Shown here piece by piece: positions 16,068 to 28,242 of a stretch of DNA of 32,000 nucleotides. A program made the translations under genes and the position numbers. A model generated the notes under the pieces. That model was not told the DNA's origin, did not search any database, and was given only the letters and a program-made list of their open reading frames with translations. This DNA is from Kingella potus (lineage in GTDB: Bacteria > Pseudomonadota > Gammaproteobacteria > Burkholderiales > Neisseriaceae). Each line of letters opens with the position of its first letter. Within the stretch, counting starts at the first letter, position 1. Where the stretch lies: the NCBI RefSeq assembly GCF_900451175.1, contig NZ_UGJJ01000001.1:119910-151909 (forward strand). Direction: 5' to 3'.

Positions 16068-16190
16068 TATTGGCACGGATTTAAACCACAGACTCAAATT
16101 TGTCCAATCCCAACTTATCGTCGTAAAAACCCGTTTCCGGCCTTTATGTTAAAATCCCGCCCCGTTTTCAGATCCCGAAACCTTCCATTC

Positions 16191-17756
16191 ATGACCCAAG
16201 ACAAAATCCTTATTCTCGACTTCGGTTCGCAAGTAACCCAACTCATCGCCCGCCGCGTGCGCGAGGCGCATGTTTACTGCGAGCTGCACCCTTACGATAT
16301 GCCGCTGGCCGACATCAAGGCCTTTAATCCGAAAGGCATCATTCTCTCCGGCGGCCCCAATTCCGTTTACAACTCCGACTATCAGGCCGACACCGGCCTG
16401 TTTGACTTGGGCATTCCCGTATTGGGCATCTGCTACGGCATGCAGTTTATGGCGCACCATTTGGGAGGCGAAGTGCAGCCGGGCAACCAGCGCGAGTTCG
16501 GCTACGCCCAAGTCAAAACCATAGACAGCGAACTCACGCGCGGCCTTTCAGACGGCCTGCCGAACACGCTCGACGTATGGATGAGCCATGGCGACAAAGT
16601 GTCGAAACTGCCCGAAGGCTTCAGCATCATCGGCGACACTCCCTCCTGCCCCATCGCCATGATGGAACACGCCGCAAAACAGTTTTACGGCATCCAGTTC
16701 CACCCCGAAGTAACCCACACCAAGCAAGGCCGCGCCCTCATCAACCGCTTTGTCTTAGACATCTGTGCGGCCAAACCGAGCTGGACGATGCCCAACTACA
16801 TCGACGAAGCCGTGGCCAAAATCCGCGAACAGGTCGGCAGCGACGAAGTGATTTTGGGCTTGTCGGGCGGCGTTGATTCCAGCGTGGCCGCCGCACTGAT
16901 CCACCGCGCCATCGGCGACCAGCTTACCTGCGTGTTTGTCGATCACGGCCTGCTGCGTCAAAACGAAGGCAAAATGGTGATGGACATGTTTGCCCGCAAT
17001 TTGGGCGTGCGCGTAATTCACGTTGACGCGGAAAAACAGTTTCTCGACAAACTCGCCGGCGTTACCGACCCCGAGAAAAAACGCAAAATTATCGGCGCGG
17101 AATTTATCGAAGTGTTTGATGCCGAAGAGAAAAAACTCACCAACGCCAAATGGCTGGCGCAAGGCACGATTTATCCCGACGTAATTGAAAGCGCGGGCGC
17201 AAAAAGCAAAAAAGCCCACGCCATCAAATCGCACCACAACGTTGGCGGGCTGCCTGAAAACATGAAACTCAAACTGCTCGAACCGCTGCGCGACCTGTTT
17301 AAAGACGAAGTGCGCGAATTGGGCGTGGCGCTCGGCCTGCCGCGCGAAATGGTGTACCGCCACCCCTTCCCCGGACCCGGTTTGGGCGTGCGGATTTTGG
17401 GCGAAGTGAAAAAAGAATACGCCGATCTGCTGCGCCGCGCCGACGACATCTTTATCCAAGAATTGCGCAACACCTTTGATGAAAACGGCACTTCGTGGTA
17501 CGACCTTACCAGCCAGGCGTTTGCAGTCTTCCTGCCCGTCAAATCCGTGGGCGTGATGGGCGACGGCCGCACTTACGATTACGTAGTTGCCCTGCGCGCA
17601 GTCGTTACCAGCGACTTTATGACCGCGCATTGGGCGGAGCTGCCGTACAGCCTGCTGGGCAAAGTATCCAACCGCATCATCAACGAAGTGCGCGGCATCA
17701 ACCGTGTGGTGTACGACGTGAGCGGCAAACCGCCCGCCACCATCGAGTGGGAATAA
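16191..17756 (+). CDS. guaA: GMP synthase (glutamine-hydrolysing)
   Basis: [25 protein letters not shown] start, GATase motif GICYGMQ, PP-loop LSGGVDSS, and C-terminal [12 protein letters not shown] at 16191 was chosen because the ORF-track start at 16059 lies inside the dif site. Confidence 0.95.
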   Translation: MTQDKILILDFGSQVTQLIARRVREAHVYCELHPYDMPLADIKAFNPKGIILSGGPNSVYNSDYQADTGLFDLGIPVLGICYGMQFMAHHLGGEVQPGNQREFGYAQVKTIDSELTRGLSDGLPNTLDVWMSHGDKVSKLPEGFSIIGDTPSCPIAMMEHAAKQFYGIQFHPEVTHTKQGRALINRFVLDICAAKPSWTMPNYIDEAVAKIREQVGSDEVILGLSGGVDSSVAAALIHRAIGDQLTCVFVDHGLLRQNEGKMVMDMFARNLGVRVIHVDAEKQFLDKLAGVTDPEKKRKIIGAEFIEVFDAEEKKLTNAKWLAQGTIYPDVIESAGAKSKKAHAIKSHHNVGGLPENMKLKLLEPLRDLFKDEVRELGVALGLPREMVYRHPFPGPGLGVRILGEVKKEYADLLRRADDIFIQELRNTFDENGTSWYDLTSQAFAVFLPVKSVGVMGDGRTYDYVVALRAVVTSDFMTAHWAELPYSLLGKVSNRIINEVRGINRVVYDVSGKPPATIEWE

Positions 17757-17774
17757 GCCTGCGCTTTAAAAAAT

Positions 17775-17820
17775 AAAGGCCGTCTGAAAACCGTATTTAA
17801 TGGTTTTCAGACGGCCTTTT
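17775..17820 (+). terminator. inverted DUS pair hairpin after guaA
   Basis: GCCGTCTGAA at 17779-17788 and TTCAGACGGC at 17806-17815, followed by a T run. Confidence 0.6.
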
Positions 17821-18044
17821 ATCCGAACATTAAGGCATTAAGGAACACGTGCGTCGTGGGGCGATACACCCTACGTTCGGGTACGGTATCATATTAGGTT
17901 AAGAGGACGTAAAACAGTAAGCCATCTGCTTATCCTTACACAGACGGAGACACAATCTCTGTTATCAAGGTAGGGTGTGTTGCCTAAGTAACGCACGCAT
18001 TTATCGTTCCGCAACGCTTAGTTTGGCTGATAAGAAAACGAGAG
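17821..18044 (+). repeat. structured repeat, copy A (unclassified MITE or ncRNA candidate)
   Basis: Homologous to 19867-20068. The long stem is formed by 17849-17874 and 17970-17996. It is followed by a DUS-pair hairpin (18045-18080). Confidence 0.7.
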
Positions 18045-18267
18045 GCCGTCTGAAAACCGTATTTTCGATTTTCAGACGGCCTTTTCGGTTTGCAAGGGCA
18101 GAAATTCGGTTCGGACAGCGGCAAATAAGCAGTTCCGTCCATCCTTATCGGGAAAACAAGGTAAGACTTTTCAGACGGCCTCATTGCCGAAAGCGCACAT
18201 TGCCATTTGTCCGGCTGAAAGTCTGCCTGAAAATCTCTGCAAAACCATCCGTTTTGTCCGTCCGCAG

Positions 18268-18301
18268 AAAAAAACAGCCTGAAATATTCAGGCTGCTTTT
18301 T
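18268..18301 (-). terminator. bidirectional rho-independent terminator after gdhA
   Basis: CAGCCTGAA / TTCAGGCTG stem (18275-18283, 18287-18295) flanked by A7 and T5 runs, 14 nt downstream of the gdhA stop. Confidence 0.65.
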
Positions 18302-18314
18302 GTACGGGGTGTTT

Positions 18315-19712
<1,398 letters not shown>

Positions 19713-19866
19713 TTACCGGCTGTAAACGTTTTAAGCAAAATTGCAGGCGCAGTCTAACAACAATTGTCTACAATCTTCAACTGTTTTTTTGCAAATTTCC
19801 GCTTTTTTTACCCATGTGAAAATGAAAAATTGTCTACAATTCCCCGCGAACCCCTTTTCAGACGGC

Positions 19867-20068
19867 CTTTTATCGAACGTTAAGAACGCATGCGTCGCCG
19901 TGCGGCACACTCTACGCCCTATGCCGGCAGGAGGATGCAATCGGAAAGCCAGCCGCTTACCCTTGCACAGACAGAGACATAATCTCCGTCATCAGGTAGG
20001 GTGTGCCGCTCCGGCGACGCTCGCGTTTATCGTGCCGCAACGCCTGTTTGCCGCTAAGGATACGAAAG
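19867..20068 (+). repeat. structured repeat, copy B (unclassified MITE or ncRNA candidate)
   Basis: Homologous to 17821-18044. The long stem is formed by 19892-19915 and 19996-20020. It is followed by a DUS-pair hairpin (20069-20104). Confidence 0.7.
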
Positions 20069-20336
20069 GCCGTCTGAAAACGCAGATTACGGTTTTCAGA
20101 CGGCCTTTTTGCCGATTTGCCTTTTTTCCGTATACGGGATACATTCCGCCGCTTTACCAGGCGGCCGGACGGATTTTCCACCGGCAGCAGCAAGGCATGG
20201 TATGCGTCCTGTTTCCCGGCGGCCAAATCCACCCGCCCGTGTGCAAAAAACCTTGCGCAAACCCGTTTCCAATTATCCGTCTGCTTTTCAGACGGCCTCC
20301 TGGCCCAAACAAACCAACAGACAGAAAGAAAGCAAA

Positions 20337-20627
20337 ATGTCCCAAACCCAAGCATCATCCCATTCCGTCCTTACCGTTATCGGCAAAGACCGCATCGGCA
20401 TCGTTTACGATGTGTCCAAGCTATTGGCCGAACACCGCATCAACATCCTCAATATCAGCCAGCAGCTGATGGACGATTATTTCACCATGATCATCCTCAT
20501 CGACACGGGAAAATGCCCGCAGAGCCGCGAAGAAATGCTTGCCGTTTTCGCCGAAGCAGGCAAACGCCTCGCGCTGGACATCCGTATGCAGAACGAAGAA
20601 CTCTTCAACGCCATGCACCGCATCTGA
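20337..20627 (+). CDS. ACT domain-containing protein (UPF0237-like), 96 aa
   Basis: SVLTVIGKDRIGIVYDVSKLLAEHRINILNISQQLMDDYFTMIILID is a typical small ACT-domain protein. ATG at 20337 was chosen downstream of DUS-laden leader sequence. Confidence 0.75.
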   Translation: MSQTQASSHSVLTVIGKDRIGIVYDVSKLLAEHRINILNISQQLMDDYFTMIILIDTGKCPQSREEMLAVFAEAGKRLALDIRMQNEELFNAMHRI

Positions 20628-20691
20628 GCGGAAGCGTTTTCAGACGGCCTTTCCCTTTATACAGCGGCAAAGGCCGTCCGTACTGCACGTT

Positions 20692-22245
20692 ATGGACAAC
20701 ATTCTCAACATTCAAAACCTCAACGCCTTTTTCGGCCGTACGCAGGTGCTGTACGACATCGGTTTCAGCGTCAGGCGCGGCAGCAAAACCGCGATTGTCG
20801 GCGAGAGCGGCAGCGGCAAAACCGTATTGGCGCAGGGCATTATGCGGCTCAATCCTGCCGTGTCGCTTGAAGGCCGTTTGGATTTCAACGGCGAAAACCT
20901 GCTCGGCCTCGCGCCACGCGCCCTGCAAAAGCTGCGCGGGCGCAAAATTGGTATGGTGTTCCAAGAGCCGATGACCGCGCTCAATCCCGTGATGGCCGTG
21001 GGTGCGCAGATTGCGGAAGTGCTGACGCTGCATTTGGGTTTGGACAAAAAGCAGGCGTGGGCAAAAGCCGTGTCGCTGTTGGCGGAAACAGGCATCCGCG
21101 AGCCGGAACAGAAAGCCGCCGACTATCCTTTCCGCCTTTCCGGCGGCCAGCGGCAGCGCGCCATGATTGCGATGGCCGCGGCGGCGGAACCGGAGCTGCT
21201 GATTGCCGACGAGCCCACCACCGCGCTCGATGCGGCGGTGCAGGCGCAGATACTCGCCCTGCTTTCCCGTATGCAGGAGGCGCACAATATGACCCTGCTC
21301 TACATTACCCACGATTTGAATCTGGTGCGCCGCTTTGCCGACGACATTATCGTCATGCGGCACGGGCGCATCGTCGAGCAAGGTGCGGCGCGGGAGGTTT
21401 TCAGACGGCCGCAGCACGAATACACCAAAATGCTGCTCGAAGCCGCGCCGCAGCGCAGCGTTGCGCCGCTGCCGCCCGACAGCCCGGCGGTATTGCAGGC
21501 CGAAGACATCGGCGTATCGGTGCCGCAGAAAAGCGGCTGGTTTTCGAGCAGGGAAAAAGTGCTGCTGCGGCCTTTGTCGTTTGAATTGAAAGCGGGCGAA
21601 ACGCTGGGGGTGATCGGCGAAAGCGGCAGCGGCAAAACCACGCTGGCACAGGCACTGATGCGGCTGATCGAAGCGACAGGCCGTCTGAAAACCAACGGCC
21701 GCGACTGGCAGCCGCAATCGCGCCGCGACATCCAAATGGTGTTTCAAGACCCGTTTTCCGCTTTCAACCCGCGCATGACGGCGGCTGATATTGTGTCCGA
21801 ACCGCTGCGCGTGCACGAGCCGCAGCTCGACAAACACGAACGCCGCCGCCGCGCCGCCGAGGCCATCGCCCAAGTCGGCCTGCCCGCAGACGCGCCTTCG
21901 CGCTACCCGCACGAATTTTCCGGCGGCCAGCGGCAGCGGCTCGCGCTTGCACGCGCCGTGATTGTGCAGCCGAAAATCCTCGTCCTCGACGAGCCTACCA
22001 GCGCGCTCGATGTGCAGTGGCAGCAGCAGATTCTGGCCTTGCTTTCGGGCTTGCAGCGGCAATACGGCCTGAGCCTGATCATCATCAGCCACGATCTGGC
22101 CGTCATCCGCGCTCTGGCGCACCGCGTGATGGTGTTGAAAAACGGCGAAGTGGTGGAAGAAGGAGACTGCGAACAGGTGTTTGCCCGACCGCAGCACGAA
22201 TACACCCGCACCCTGGCCGCGCATTACCGCAATACATATGAATAA
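20692..22245 (+). CDS. ABC transporter ATP-binding protein with duplicated ATPase domains (DppD/DppF-fusion, YejF-like)
   Basis: Two Walker A motifs (GESGSGKT twice), two signature motifs (LSGGQRQR and FSGGQRQR) and two Walker B motifs (LLIADEPTTALD and ILVLDEPTSALD). Confidence 0.9.
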   Translation: MDNILNIQNLNAFFGRTQVLYDIGFSVRRGSKTAIVGESGSGKTVLAQGIMRLNPAVSLEGRLDFNGENLLGLAPRALQKLRGRKIGMVFQEPMTALNPVMAVGAQIAEVLTLHLGLDKKQAWAKAVSLLAETGIREPEQKAADYPFRLSGGQRQRAMIAMAAAAEPELLIADEPTTALDAAVQAQILALLSRMQEAHNMTLLYITHDLNLVRRFADDIIVMRHGRIVEQGAAREVFRRPQHEYTKMLLEAAPQRSVAPLPPDSPAVLQAEDIGVSVPQKSGWFSSREKVLLRPLSFELKAGETLGVIGESGSGKTTLAQALMRLIEATGRLKTNGRDWQPQSRRDIQMVFQDPFSAFNPRMTAADIVSEPLRVHEPQLDKHERRRRAAEAIAQVGLPADAPSRYPHEFSGGQRQRLALARAVIVQPKILVLDEPTSALDVQWQQQILALLSGLQRQYGLSLIIISHDLAVIRALAHRVMVLKNGEVVEEGDCEQVFARPQHEYTRTLAAHYRNTYE

Positions 22246-22317
22246 GGCCGTCTGAAGTATCCGCACCGCCGCCGTTGTTTCCCGAATCCCGCCGTCCGAC
22301 CGCGAGGCCGTCTGAAT

Positions 22318-23367
22318 ATGCCCAAGCTCCACCAACTGATCGAACGCCATTGGCGCAGCCCCTCCCTGCCGCTTACGCTTTTGCTGTGGCCGCTCTCGCG
22401 TCTGTTTCAGACGGCCTCGTCCCTGCGCCGCCGCCTCTACCGTACAGGCCGTCTGAAAAGCGAAAAGCTGCCCGTGCCTGTAATCGTCGTCGGCAACATC
22501 CATGCCGGCGGCACGGGCAAAACCCCGATTGTTGCCGCGCTGGCCGAGGGCTTGCGGCGGTACGGGCTGAAAGTCGGCATCATTAGTCGGGGCTACGGCC
22601 GCAAGGACGGCGGCATACACGTTTTAAACGAAAACAGCACCGCCGCCGAAGCGGGCGACGAGCCTTTGATGCTCTACCGCCAAACCGCCGTGCCGACCGC
22701 CGTCGGCAGCCGCCGCGCCGAAGCCGCCCGCGCCCTGCTCGCCGCCCATCCCGACCTTGACGCAATCATCTCCGACGACGGTTTGCAGCACTACGCACTG
22801 GCACGGGACATCGAAGCCGCCGTTTTCCCCGCCGCCGATTTGGGGCGCAACCCCGACCTCCTGCCCAACGGCGGCCTGCGCGAACCCCTCTCCCGCCTTG
22901 CGGACGTGGATTTCGTCATCGTCAGCGGCGGCGCGGACACAGACGCGGCTTCCGCCGCCGCGCAGCTCGGCCTGCCGCCGGAAAAGGTTTGCGTTTCTTC
23001 GCTGCAAAGCGGAACAATCTACCGCCTCGCCCGCCCTGCCGACACCTTCGACACAGGCCGTCTGAAAAACGCGGACACCGCTGCCCTTGCCGGCATTGCC
23101 CGTCCCGAACGTTTCTTCCAAAGCCTGCGCGCGATCGGCATCAAACCCTGCCACACCGTCGCCCTGCCCGACCATGCCGCGCTCACCGCCGCCGATTTGC
23201 CCGAAGCCGATGCGGTGTTCCTTACCGAAAAAGACGCGGTCAAACTCACCGCCGCCCCCGTTCCCGAAAACGTGTGGGTGCTGCCCGTTCGTGCGATAAT
23301 CCGCCCCGATTTGGCGGCAGAGATTGCAGGCCGTCTGAAAAAACCGTCCACCAAACCCAAAGGCTGA
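22318..23367 (+). CDS. lpxK: tetraacyldisaccharide 4'-kinase
   Basis: 349 aa with [18 protein letters not shown] (P-loop) and ISRGYGRK motifs. It contains four in-frame DUS copies. Confidence 0.9.
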   Translation: MPKLHQLIERHWRSPSLPLTLLLWPLSRLFQTASSLRRRLYRTGRLKSEKLPVPVIVVGNIHAGGTGKTPIVAALAEGLRRYGLKVGIISRGYGRKDGGIHVLNENSTAAEAGDEPLMLYRQTAVPTAVGSRRAEAARALLAAHPDLDAIISDDGLQHYALARDIEAAVFPAADLGRNPDLLPNGGLREPLSRLADVDFVIVSGGADTDAASAAAQLGLPPEKVCVSSLQSGTIYRLARPADTFDTGRLKNADTAALAGIARPERFFQSLRAIGIKPCHTVALPDHAALTAADLPEADAVFLTEKDAVKLTAAPVPENVWVLPVRAIIRPDLAAEIAGRLKKPSTKPKG

Positions 23368-23371
23368 AACC

Positions 23372-23923
23372 ATGAAAAAAACCCTGTTCGCCGCCCTGCT
23401 CTCCTGCACCTTTGCCGCTGCTTCTGCCGCGCCGCCCACCGATGCCTCGCTGGAAAAACTGATGCAGGTGCAGCACATCGACAAAATGTGGAAAGATATG
23501 TCCGCCACGATGCCCGACATCGCCAAACAGGTCATGGCGCAAGACGGCGGAATGCAGGCCATACTCCAACGCCTGCCCGAGAGCCAAAAACAGCAGTTTG
23601 TCGTGCTGACCGAAAAACTCCTGGACGACATCGCCGCCGAAGCCGCCTCACCCGCATTCAGAGACCGTATAAAACAACTCGTGATACAGGAAATGAAAAA
23701 CACCTACACGCAGGAAGAAGTCGATGCCATGACCGCCTTCTTCTCCACCCCCGTCGGCCAGTCCGTCATCAAAAAACAAAGCGCCTTCTCCGCCAAAATC
23801 TTACCTGCCGTCTCCCTGGAAACCCAGGAAGCCATCGCCCCGCACACCCGCGCCTACATAGATGCAGTCGCACGCCTCGCCCGCAGCGGGAAAAAAACCG
23901 GCAAAGCCGCCAAAGTAAAATAA
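23372..23923 (+). CDS. periplasmic DUF2059-like protein
   Basis: Signal peptide [19 protein letters not shown] and the motif ...[22 protein letters not shown]... typical of DUF2059. Recognised from memory. Confidence 0.6.
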   Translation: MKKTLFAALLSCTFAAASAAPPTDASLEKLMQVQHIDKMWKDMSATMPDIAKQVMAQDGGMQAILQRLPESQKQQFVVLTEKLLDDIAAEAASPAFRDRIKQLVIQEMKNTYTQEEVDAMTAFFSTPVGQSVIKKQSAFSAKILPAVSLETQEAIAPHTRAYIDAVARLARSGKKTGKAAKVK

Positions 23924-23933
23924 AGGAAACGCA

Positions 23934-24116
23934 ATGGAACAAAAATACCTCGACATTCTCGTCTGCCCCGTCAGCAAAGGCAAACTCGAATACCGCCGCG
24001 ACAAACAGGAGCTTTGGAGCCGCCAGGCCAAGCTCGCCTATCCCGTCAAAGACGGCATCCCCCATATGCTCGAAAGCGAAGCGCGGGTATTGAGCGAAGA
24101 GGAGCTGGCCTCATGA
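23934..24116 (+). CDS. Trm112/YcaR-family small protein (UPF0434)
   Basis: 60 aa, with [13 protein letters not shown]....[12 protein letters not shown]. It lies between lpxK and kdsB as in E. coli, and its stop overlaps the kdsB ATG (ATGA). Confidence 0.8.
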   Translation: MEQKYLDILVCPVSKGKLEYRRDKQELWSRQAKLAYPVKDGIPHMLESEARVLSEEELAS

Positions 24117-24868
24117 GCTTCACCGTCATCATCCCCGCCCGCCTCTCCTCCACCCGCCTGCCGCGCAAAGCCCTCGCCGACATCGGCGGCAAACCCATGG
24201 TGGTTCGCGTGGCCGAACAGGCAGCCAAAAGCCGCGCCGGCCGCATCGTCGTCGCCACCGATTCCGACGAAATCCAGGCGGCCTGCCAATCCTGCGGCAT
24301 CGAAGCCGTCCTCACCTCCGCACAACACGAAAGCGGCACCACCCGCCTGGCCGAAGCAGCGCAAATACTCGGCCTCGACCCCGCCGCCGCCGTTGTCAAC
24401 GTACAGGGCGACGAGCCCCTCATCAGCCCCGAGCTCATCGACCTGACCGCCGCCGCCCTCGCCGCAGGCACCGCCCCGATGGCCACCGCCGCCCATCCGA
24501 TTCGCGATTTTGACGAATTTGCCAACCCCAACGCCGTCAAAGTCGTTGCCGACGCGCAAAACCGCGCCCTTTATTTCAGCCGCGCACCCATCCCCTACCC
24601 GCGCGACACCATGCGCCAAAACCTGCGCACCCTCCCCTCGCCCCCGCCGCTGCGCCATATCGGCCTCTACGCCTACCGCGTCGGATTTTTGCAGGAATAC
24701 GCCGCCCTACCCCCCTCGCCGCTCGAACACACCGAGTCCCTCGAACAACTGCGCGTTCTCGGACACGGCCTCCCCATCGCCCTCGTCATCACCGACACCG
24801 CCCCCGCCCCAGGCGTGGACACACAGGAAGACCTCGACCGCGTACGCCGTCTCTTCCAAATGGGCTGA
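24113..24868 (+). CDS. kdsB: 3-deoxy-manno-octulosonate cytidylyltransferase (CMP-KDO synthetase)
   Basis: [31 protein letters not shown]-terminus, the NVQGDEPLI motif, and a length of 251 aa. Confidence 0.93.
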   Translation: MSFTVIIPARLSSTRLPRKALADIGGKPMVVRVAEQAAKSRAGRIVVATDSDEIQAACQSCGIEAVLTSAQHESGTTRLAEAAQILGLDPAAAVVNVQGDEPLISPELIDLTAAALAAGTAPMATAAHPIRDFDEFANPNAVKVVADAQNRALYFSRAPIPYPRDTMRQNLRTLPSPPPLRHIGLYAYRVGFLQEYAALPPSPLEHTESLEQLRVLGHGLPIALVITDTAPAPGVDTQEDLDRVRRLFQMG

Positions 24869-24881
24869 ATGCCGCATAGCA

Positions 24882-24926
24882 AAGAGGCCGTCTGAAAACA
24901 GGAAACCCGTTTTCAGACGGCCTCTT
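24882..24926 (+). terminator. inverted DUS pair hairpin after kdsB
   Basis: AAGAGGCCGTCTGAAAAC ... GTTTTCAGACGGCCTCTT, an 18-bp perfect stem. Confidence 0.65.
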
Positions 24927-25267
24927 CCATCAGGCAGGATGCGCCGTTTCAAGGCGGCGCACTCGGCACTCGTCCTACGGCTTTCGGGAAGATGCAGGCC
25001 GTGTCTGCAAACGTTTATCCGGCACCAGTCCAACTCCCTACCCTGAGCCTGCGCGGGGAGGGTTGGGAAGGGAATGGCGGTTTGCAGAACCGCTTTCCCG
25101 CCCGCCAGCGCAACCGAAGCGGCAACAGCCCCCACCCTGACCCTCCCCCGCAGATGGAGGTGGTAAAGAGGCCGTCTGAAAATCCGTTTTCAGACGGCCT
25201 TTGCACTTCGGTCTGCCCCGTTTTCCTTTACAATACCGCCCTTTTCCAACCATCCCGTTTTCCGCGC

Positions 25268-27571
25268 ATGACTCACGACACCCCCTCTCCCATTTCCGGC
25301 AGCGACACCCTCGACCTCGGACACTACGCCGAACGCGCCTATCTCGAATACGCCATGAGCGTGGTCAAAGGCCGCGCCCTGCCCGACGTTTCAGACGGCC
25401 AGAAGCCCGTGCAGCGGCGCATACTCTATGCCATGCGCGAAATGGGCTTGTTGCCAAACGCCAAACCGGTGAAATCCGCCCGCGTGGTCGGCGAAATCCT
25501 GGGCAAATACCACCCGCACGGCGACGCTTCGGCATACGATGCCATGGTGCGTATGGCGCAAGACTTCACCCTGCGCTACCCGCTGATCGACGGCATCGGC
25601 AACTTCGGTTCGCGCGACGGCGACGGCGCGGCCGCCATGCGCTACACCGAAGCGCGGCTCACACCCGTGGCCGAACTGCTGCTGTCAGAACTGCACATGG
25701 GCACGGTGGATTTCACACCCAATTACGACGGCGCGTTTGAAGAACCCGTCTGCCTGCCCGCACGCCTGCCCATGGTGCTGCTCAACGGCGCGTCGGGCAT
25801 CGCCGTGGGCATGGCTACCGAAATCCCGCCGCACAATCTGGGCGAAGTGAGCCAAGCCGCCATTGCCCTGCTGAAAAAACCCACACTCACCACCGCCGAG
25901 CTGATGCAGTATGTTCCCGCCCCCGATTTTGCCGGCGGCGGCCAAATCATCACCTCCGCCGCCGATTTGCAGCAGATTTACGAAACCGGCAAAGGCAGCG
26001 TGCGCGTACGGGCGCGTTACGAAATCGAAAAACTGGCGCGCGGCCAATGGCGCATCATCGTTACCCAGCTCCCACCCAACACCAGCAGCCAGAAAATCCT
26101 TGCCGAAATCGAAGAACAAACCAACCCCAAACCCAAATCCGGCAAAAAAAACCTCAGCCAAGAGCAGCAGAACACCAAAGCCCTGATGCTGTCGCTGCTG
26201 GAAAAAGTACGCGACGAATCCGACGGCGAATCGCCCGTCCGCCTCGTGTTCGAACCCAAGTCCAGCCGCATCGACCCCGAAAACTTCATCAACACCCTGA
26301 TGGCGCAAACCGGCCTCGAAGGCAATGTCGCGATGAACTTCGTCATGATCGGCCTCGACAACCGCCCCGCACAAAAAAACCTCAAAACCATTTTGCAGGA
26401 ATGGCTCGACTTCCGCGTCCTCACCGTAACCCGCCGCCTGCAATTCCGCCTTTCGCAAGTACAAAAACGCATCCACATTCTCGACGGACGCATGATCGCC
26501 TTTCTTCACATCGACGAAGTGATTAAAGTCATCCGCGAGTCGGACGAGCCGAAAACCGACTTGATGGCCGCATTCGGCCTCAGCGAAATCCAAGCCGAAG
26601 ACATTCTCGAAATCCGCCTGCGCCAGCTTGCCCGCCTCGAAGGCTTCAAACTCGAAAAAGAATTAAACGAACTGCGCGAAGAAGAAGGCCGTCTGAACAC
26701 ACTGCTGGGCGACGAAAACGAAAAACGCCGCCTGATTGTCAAAGAAATGCAGGCCGACATCAAACAATACGGCGATGAACGCCGCACCCTGATTCAGGCA
26801 GCCGAACGCGCCACACTCACCCAAACCACCGCCGACGAACCCGTTACCCTGATTCTGTCGCAAAAAGGCTGGATACGCAGCCGCGCCGGCCACAACCTCG
26901 ACATCAGCCAAACCGCCTTCAAAGAAGGCGACGGCCTCAAACAAATTGTCGAAGGCCGCACCGTATGGCCGCTGGTCGTACTCGACTCCCTCGGCCGCAC
27001 CTACACCCTCGATGCGGCCGAAATCCCCGGCGGACGCGGCGAAGGCGTGCCGCTGTCCTCGCTTATCGGCCTGCAAAACGGAGCCGGGCCCGCCGCCATG
27101 CTTACCGGCCTGCCCGAACAGCATTACCTGCTGGCCGGCAGCGGCGGCTACGGCTTCATCGCCAAACTCGCCGACATGGCCAGCCGCAACAAAAACGGCA
27201 AACTGATGATGACGCTCGAAAGCGGCGAAACCGTATTGCCGCCCGTGGCCGTGGCCGCATCCGCGATTGCCGATCCCGACTGCAAAATCGTGTTGGCCGA
27301 CAGCAGCCACCGCCTTCTGGCTTTCCCGCTCGGAGAACTCAAAATCATGCCCAAAGGACGCGGCTTGCAGCTTACGCCGCTGGCGGACGGCCACAAGCTC
27401 GAACACACCGCCGTCATCTCCACACCCGAATTTGCCGTCGAATCGCAGGGAAGGCGCGGTGCGCTGCACCGTGAAAAGCTGCGCATCCGCGACATCGAAA
27501 GCAAACGCGGCCGCAAGGGCAAAGTGTTGGAAATATCTGGCCGACTGACCGCCCTGAAAGCCGCAGAATGA
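25268..27571 (+). CDS. parC: DNA topoisomerase IV subunit A
   Basis: 767 aa. It has the motifs [36 protein letters not shown], and [10 protein letters not shown] containing the catalytic Tyr. The length and the absence of a GyrA box favour ParC over GyrA. Confidence 0.9.
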   Translation: MTHDTPSPISGSDTLDLGHYAERAYLEYAMSVVKGRALPDVSDGQKPVQRRILYAMREMGLLPNAKPVKSARVVGEILGKYHPHGDASAYDAMVRMAQDFTLRYPLIDGIGNFGSRDGDGAAAMRYTEARLTPVAELLLSELHMGTVDFTPNYDGAFEEPVCLPARLPMVLLNGASGIAVGMATEIPPHNLGEVSQAAIALLKKPTLTTAELMQYVPAPDFAGGGQIITSAADLQQIYETGKGSVRVRARYEIEKLARGQWRIIVTQLPPNTSSQKILAEIEEQTNPKPKSGKKNLSQEQQNTKALMLSLLEKVRDESDGESPVRLVFEPKSSRIDPENFINTLMAQTGLEGNVAMNFVMIGLDNRPAQKNLKTILQEWLDFRVLTVTRRLQFRLSQVQKRIHILDGRMIAFLHIDEVIKVIRESDEPKTDLMAAFGLSEIQAEDILEIRLRQLARLEGFKLEKELNELREEEGRLNTLLGDENEKRRLIVKEMQADIKQYGDERRTLIQAAERATLTQTTADEPVTLILSQKGWIRSRAGHNLDISQTAFKEGDGLKQIVEGRTVWPLVVLDSLGRTYTLDAAEIPGGRGEGVPLSSLIGLQNGAGPAAMLTGLPEQHYLLAGSGGYGFIAKLADMASRNKNGKLMMTLESGETVLPPVAVAASAIADPDCKIVLADSSHRLLAFPLGELKIMPKGRGLQLTPLADGHKLEHTAVISTPEFAVESQGRRGALHREKLRIRDIESKRGRKGKVLEISGRLTALKAAE

Positions 27572-27575
27572 CAAC

Positions 27576-27614
27576 AGGCCGTCTGAAACCGCAAAACAGT
27601 TTTTCAGACGGCCT
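27576..27614 (+). terminator. inverted DUS pair hairpin after parC (last DUS in the window)
   Basis: GCCGTCTGAA at 27578-27587 and TTCAGACGGC at 27603-27612. Confidence 0.6.
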
Positions 27615-28242
27615 CTGCCGCTAAGGTTAGTATATATCGCCTAATTATCTGTTTAAATTATATTTAGCAGACACGCAAGCAAACCAAGCATATGAATTGC
27701 AAACTGGTGTTGAGCTTGCGCCCGCAGTTTTTTTATAACCATCAGCTCTTCGATTCCCGATACTTTTTCACCCACGTCTTGTACAGCAAGGTAGTCTTTG
27801 GTTTTGCTCCCTACCTTTTCCCGTACTTCGCCGAACTGATTGTTCTAATGCCTGCTCATGCAGGCTACCTCCTTAGCGCGGTTCGCTTCAGATTTGGAAA
27901 ATACAGTGCTCTACATGGAGAAATCGCCAGGTATTGCCCGCTACTGGCAGACTATACGCAAACGGTAGAGGATAGCGCAGAAGACTCCATAGAGGTCACT
28001 GATGTGGTGCAGTCTTGAGGTACAGGGCTTTGGCTCGTTCGCCCGCATTCAAATACTGATTACGGCTCGAGAGGGCGAGCTCCTCGGCAGCGCGGCTGGT
28101 ATTGACGGGGACAATTTCGAAAGGAGACCCGCCAAGCTTAGGAGAGGCTGAGAGCGCAGACTTTCCTGATAGGAGCAACAGATTCAGCAATCGTGCCGAG
28201 ATAAAAAATATTTTTGTCATTTATATTTTGAGAGTTCGTGTA

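Noticed and set aside
16059-16190. N-terminal extension of guaA from the ORF-track start
   Set aside because: The ATG at 16059 lies inside the dif XerD arm, and the extension is not GuaA-like. The conserved N-terminus begins at 16191.
16755-17630. 291-aa minus-strand ORF inside guaA
   Set aside because: It is antisense to GMP synthase.
20605-22620. 671-aa minus-strand ORF
   Set aside because: It is antisense to the ABC ATPase and the lpxK start. It has no recognisable motifs and biased G/A/R composition.
22624-23703. 359-aa minus-strand ORF
   Set aside because: It is antisense to lpxK and the DUF2059 gene, and its composition is an artefact of GC-rich DNA.
25685-27574. Two long minus-strand ORFs (302 and 303 aa) inside parC
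   Set aside because: They are antisense to parC and have no motifs.
27692-28018. 108-aa plus-strand ORF after parC
   Set aside because: It is F/Y/L-rich with no RBS or motifs. The opposite strand looks more like decayed coding sequence, so neither strand is called as a gene.
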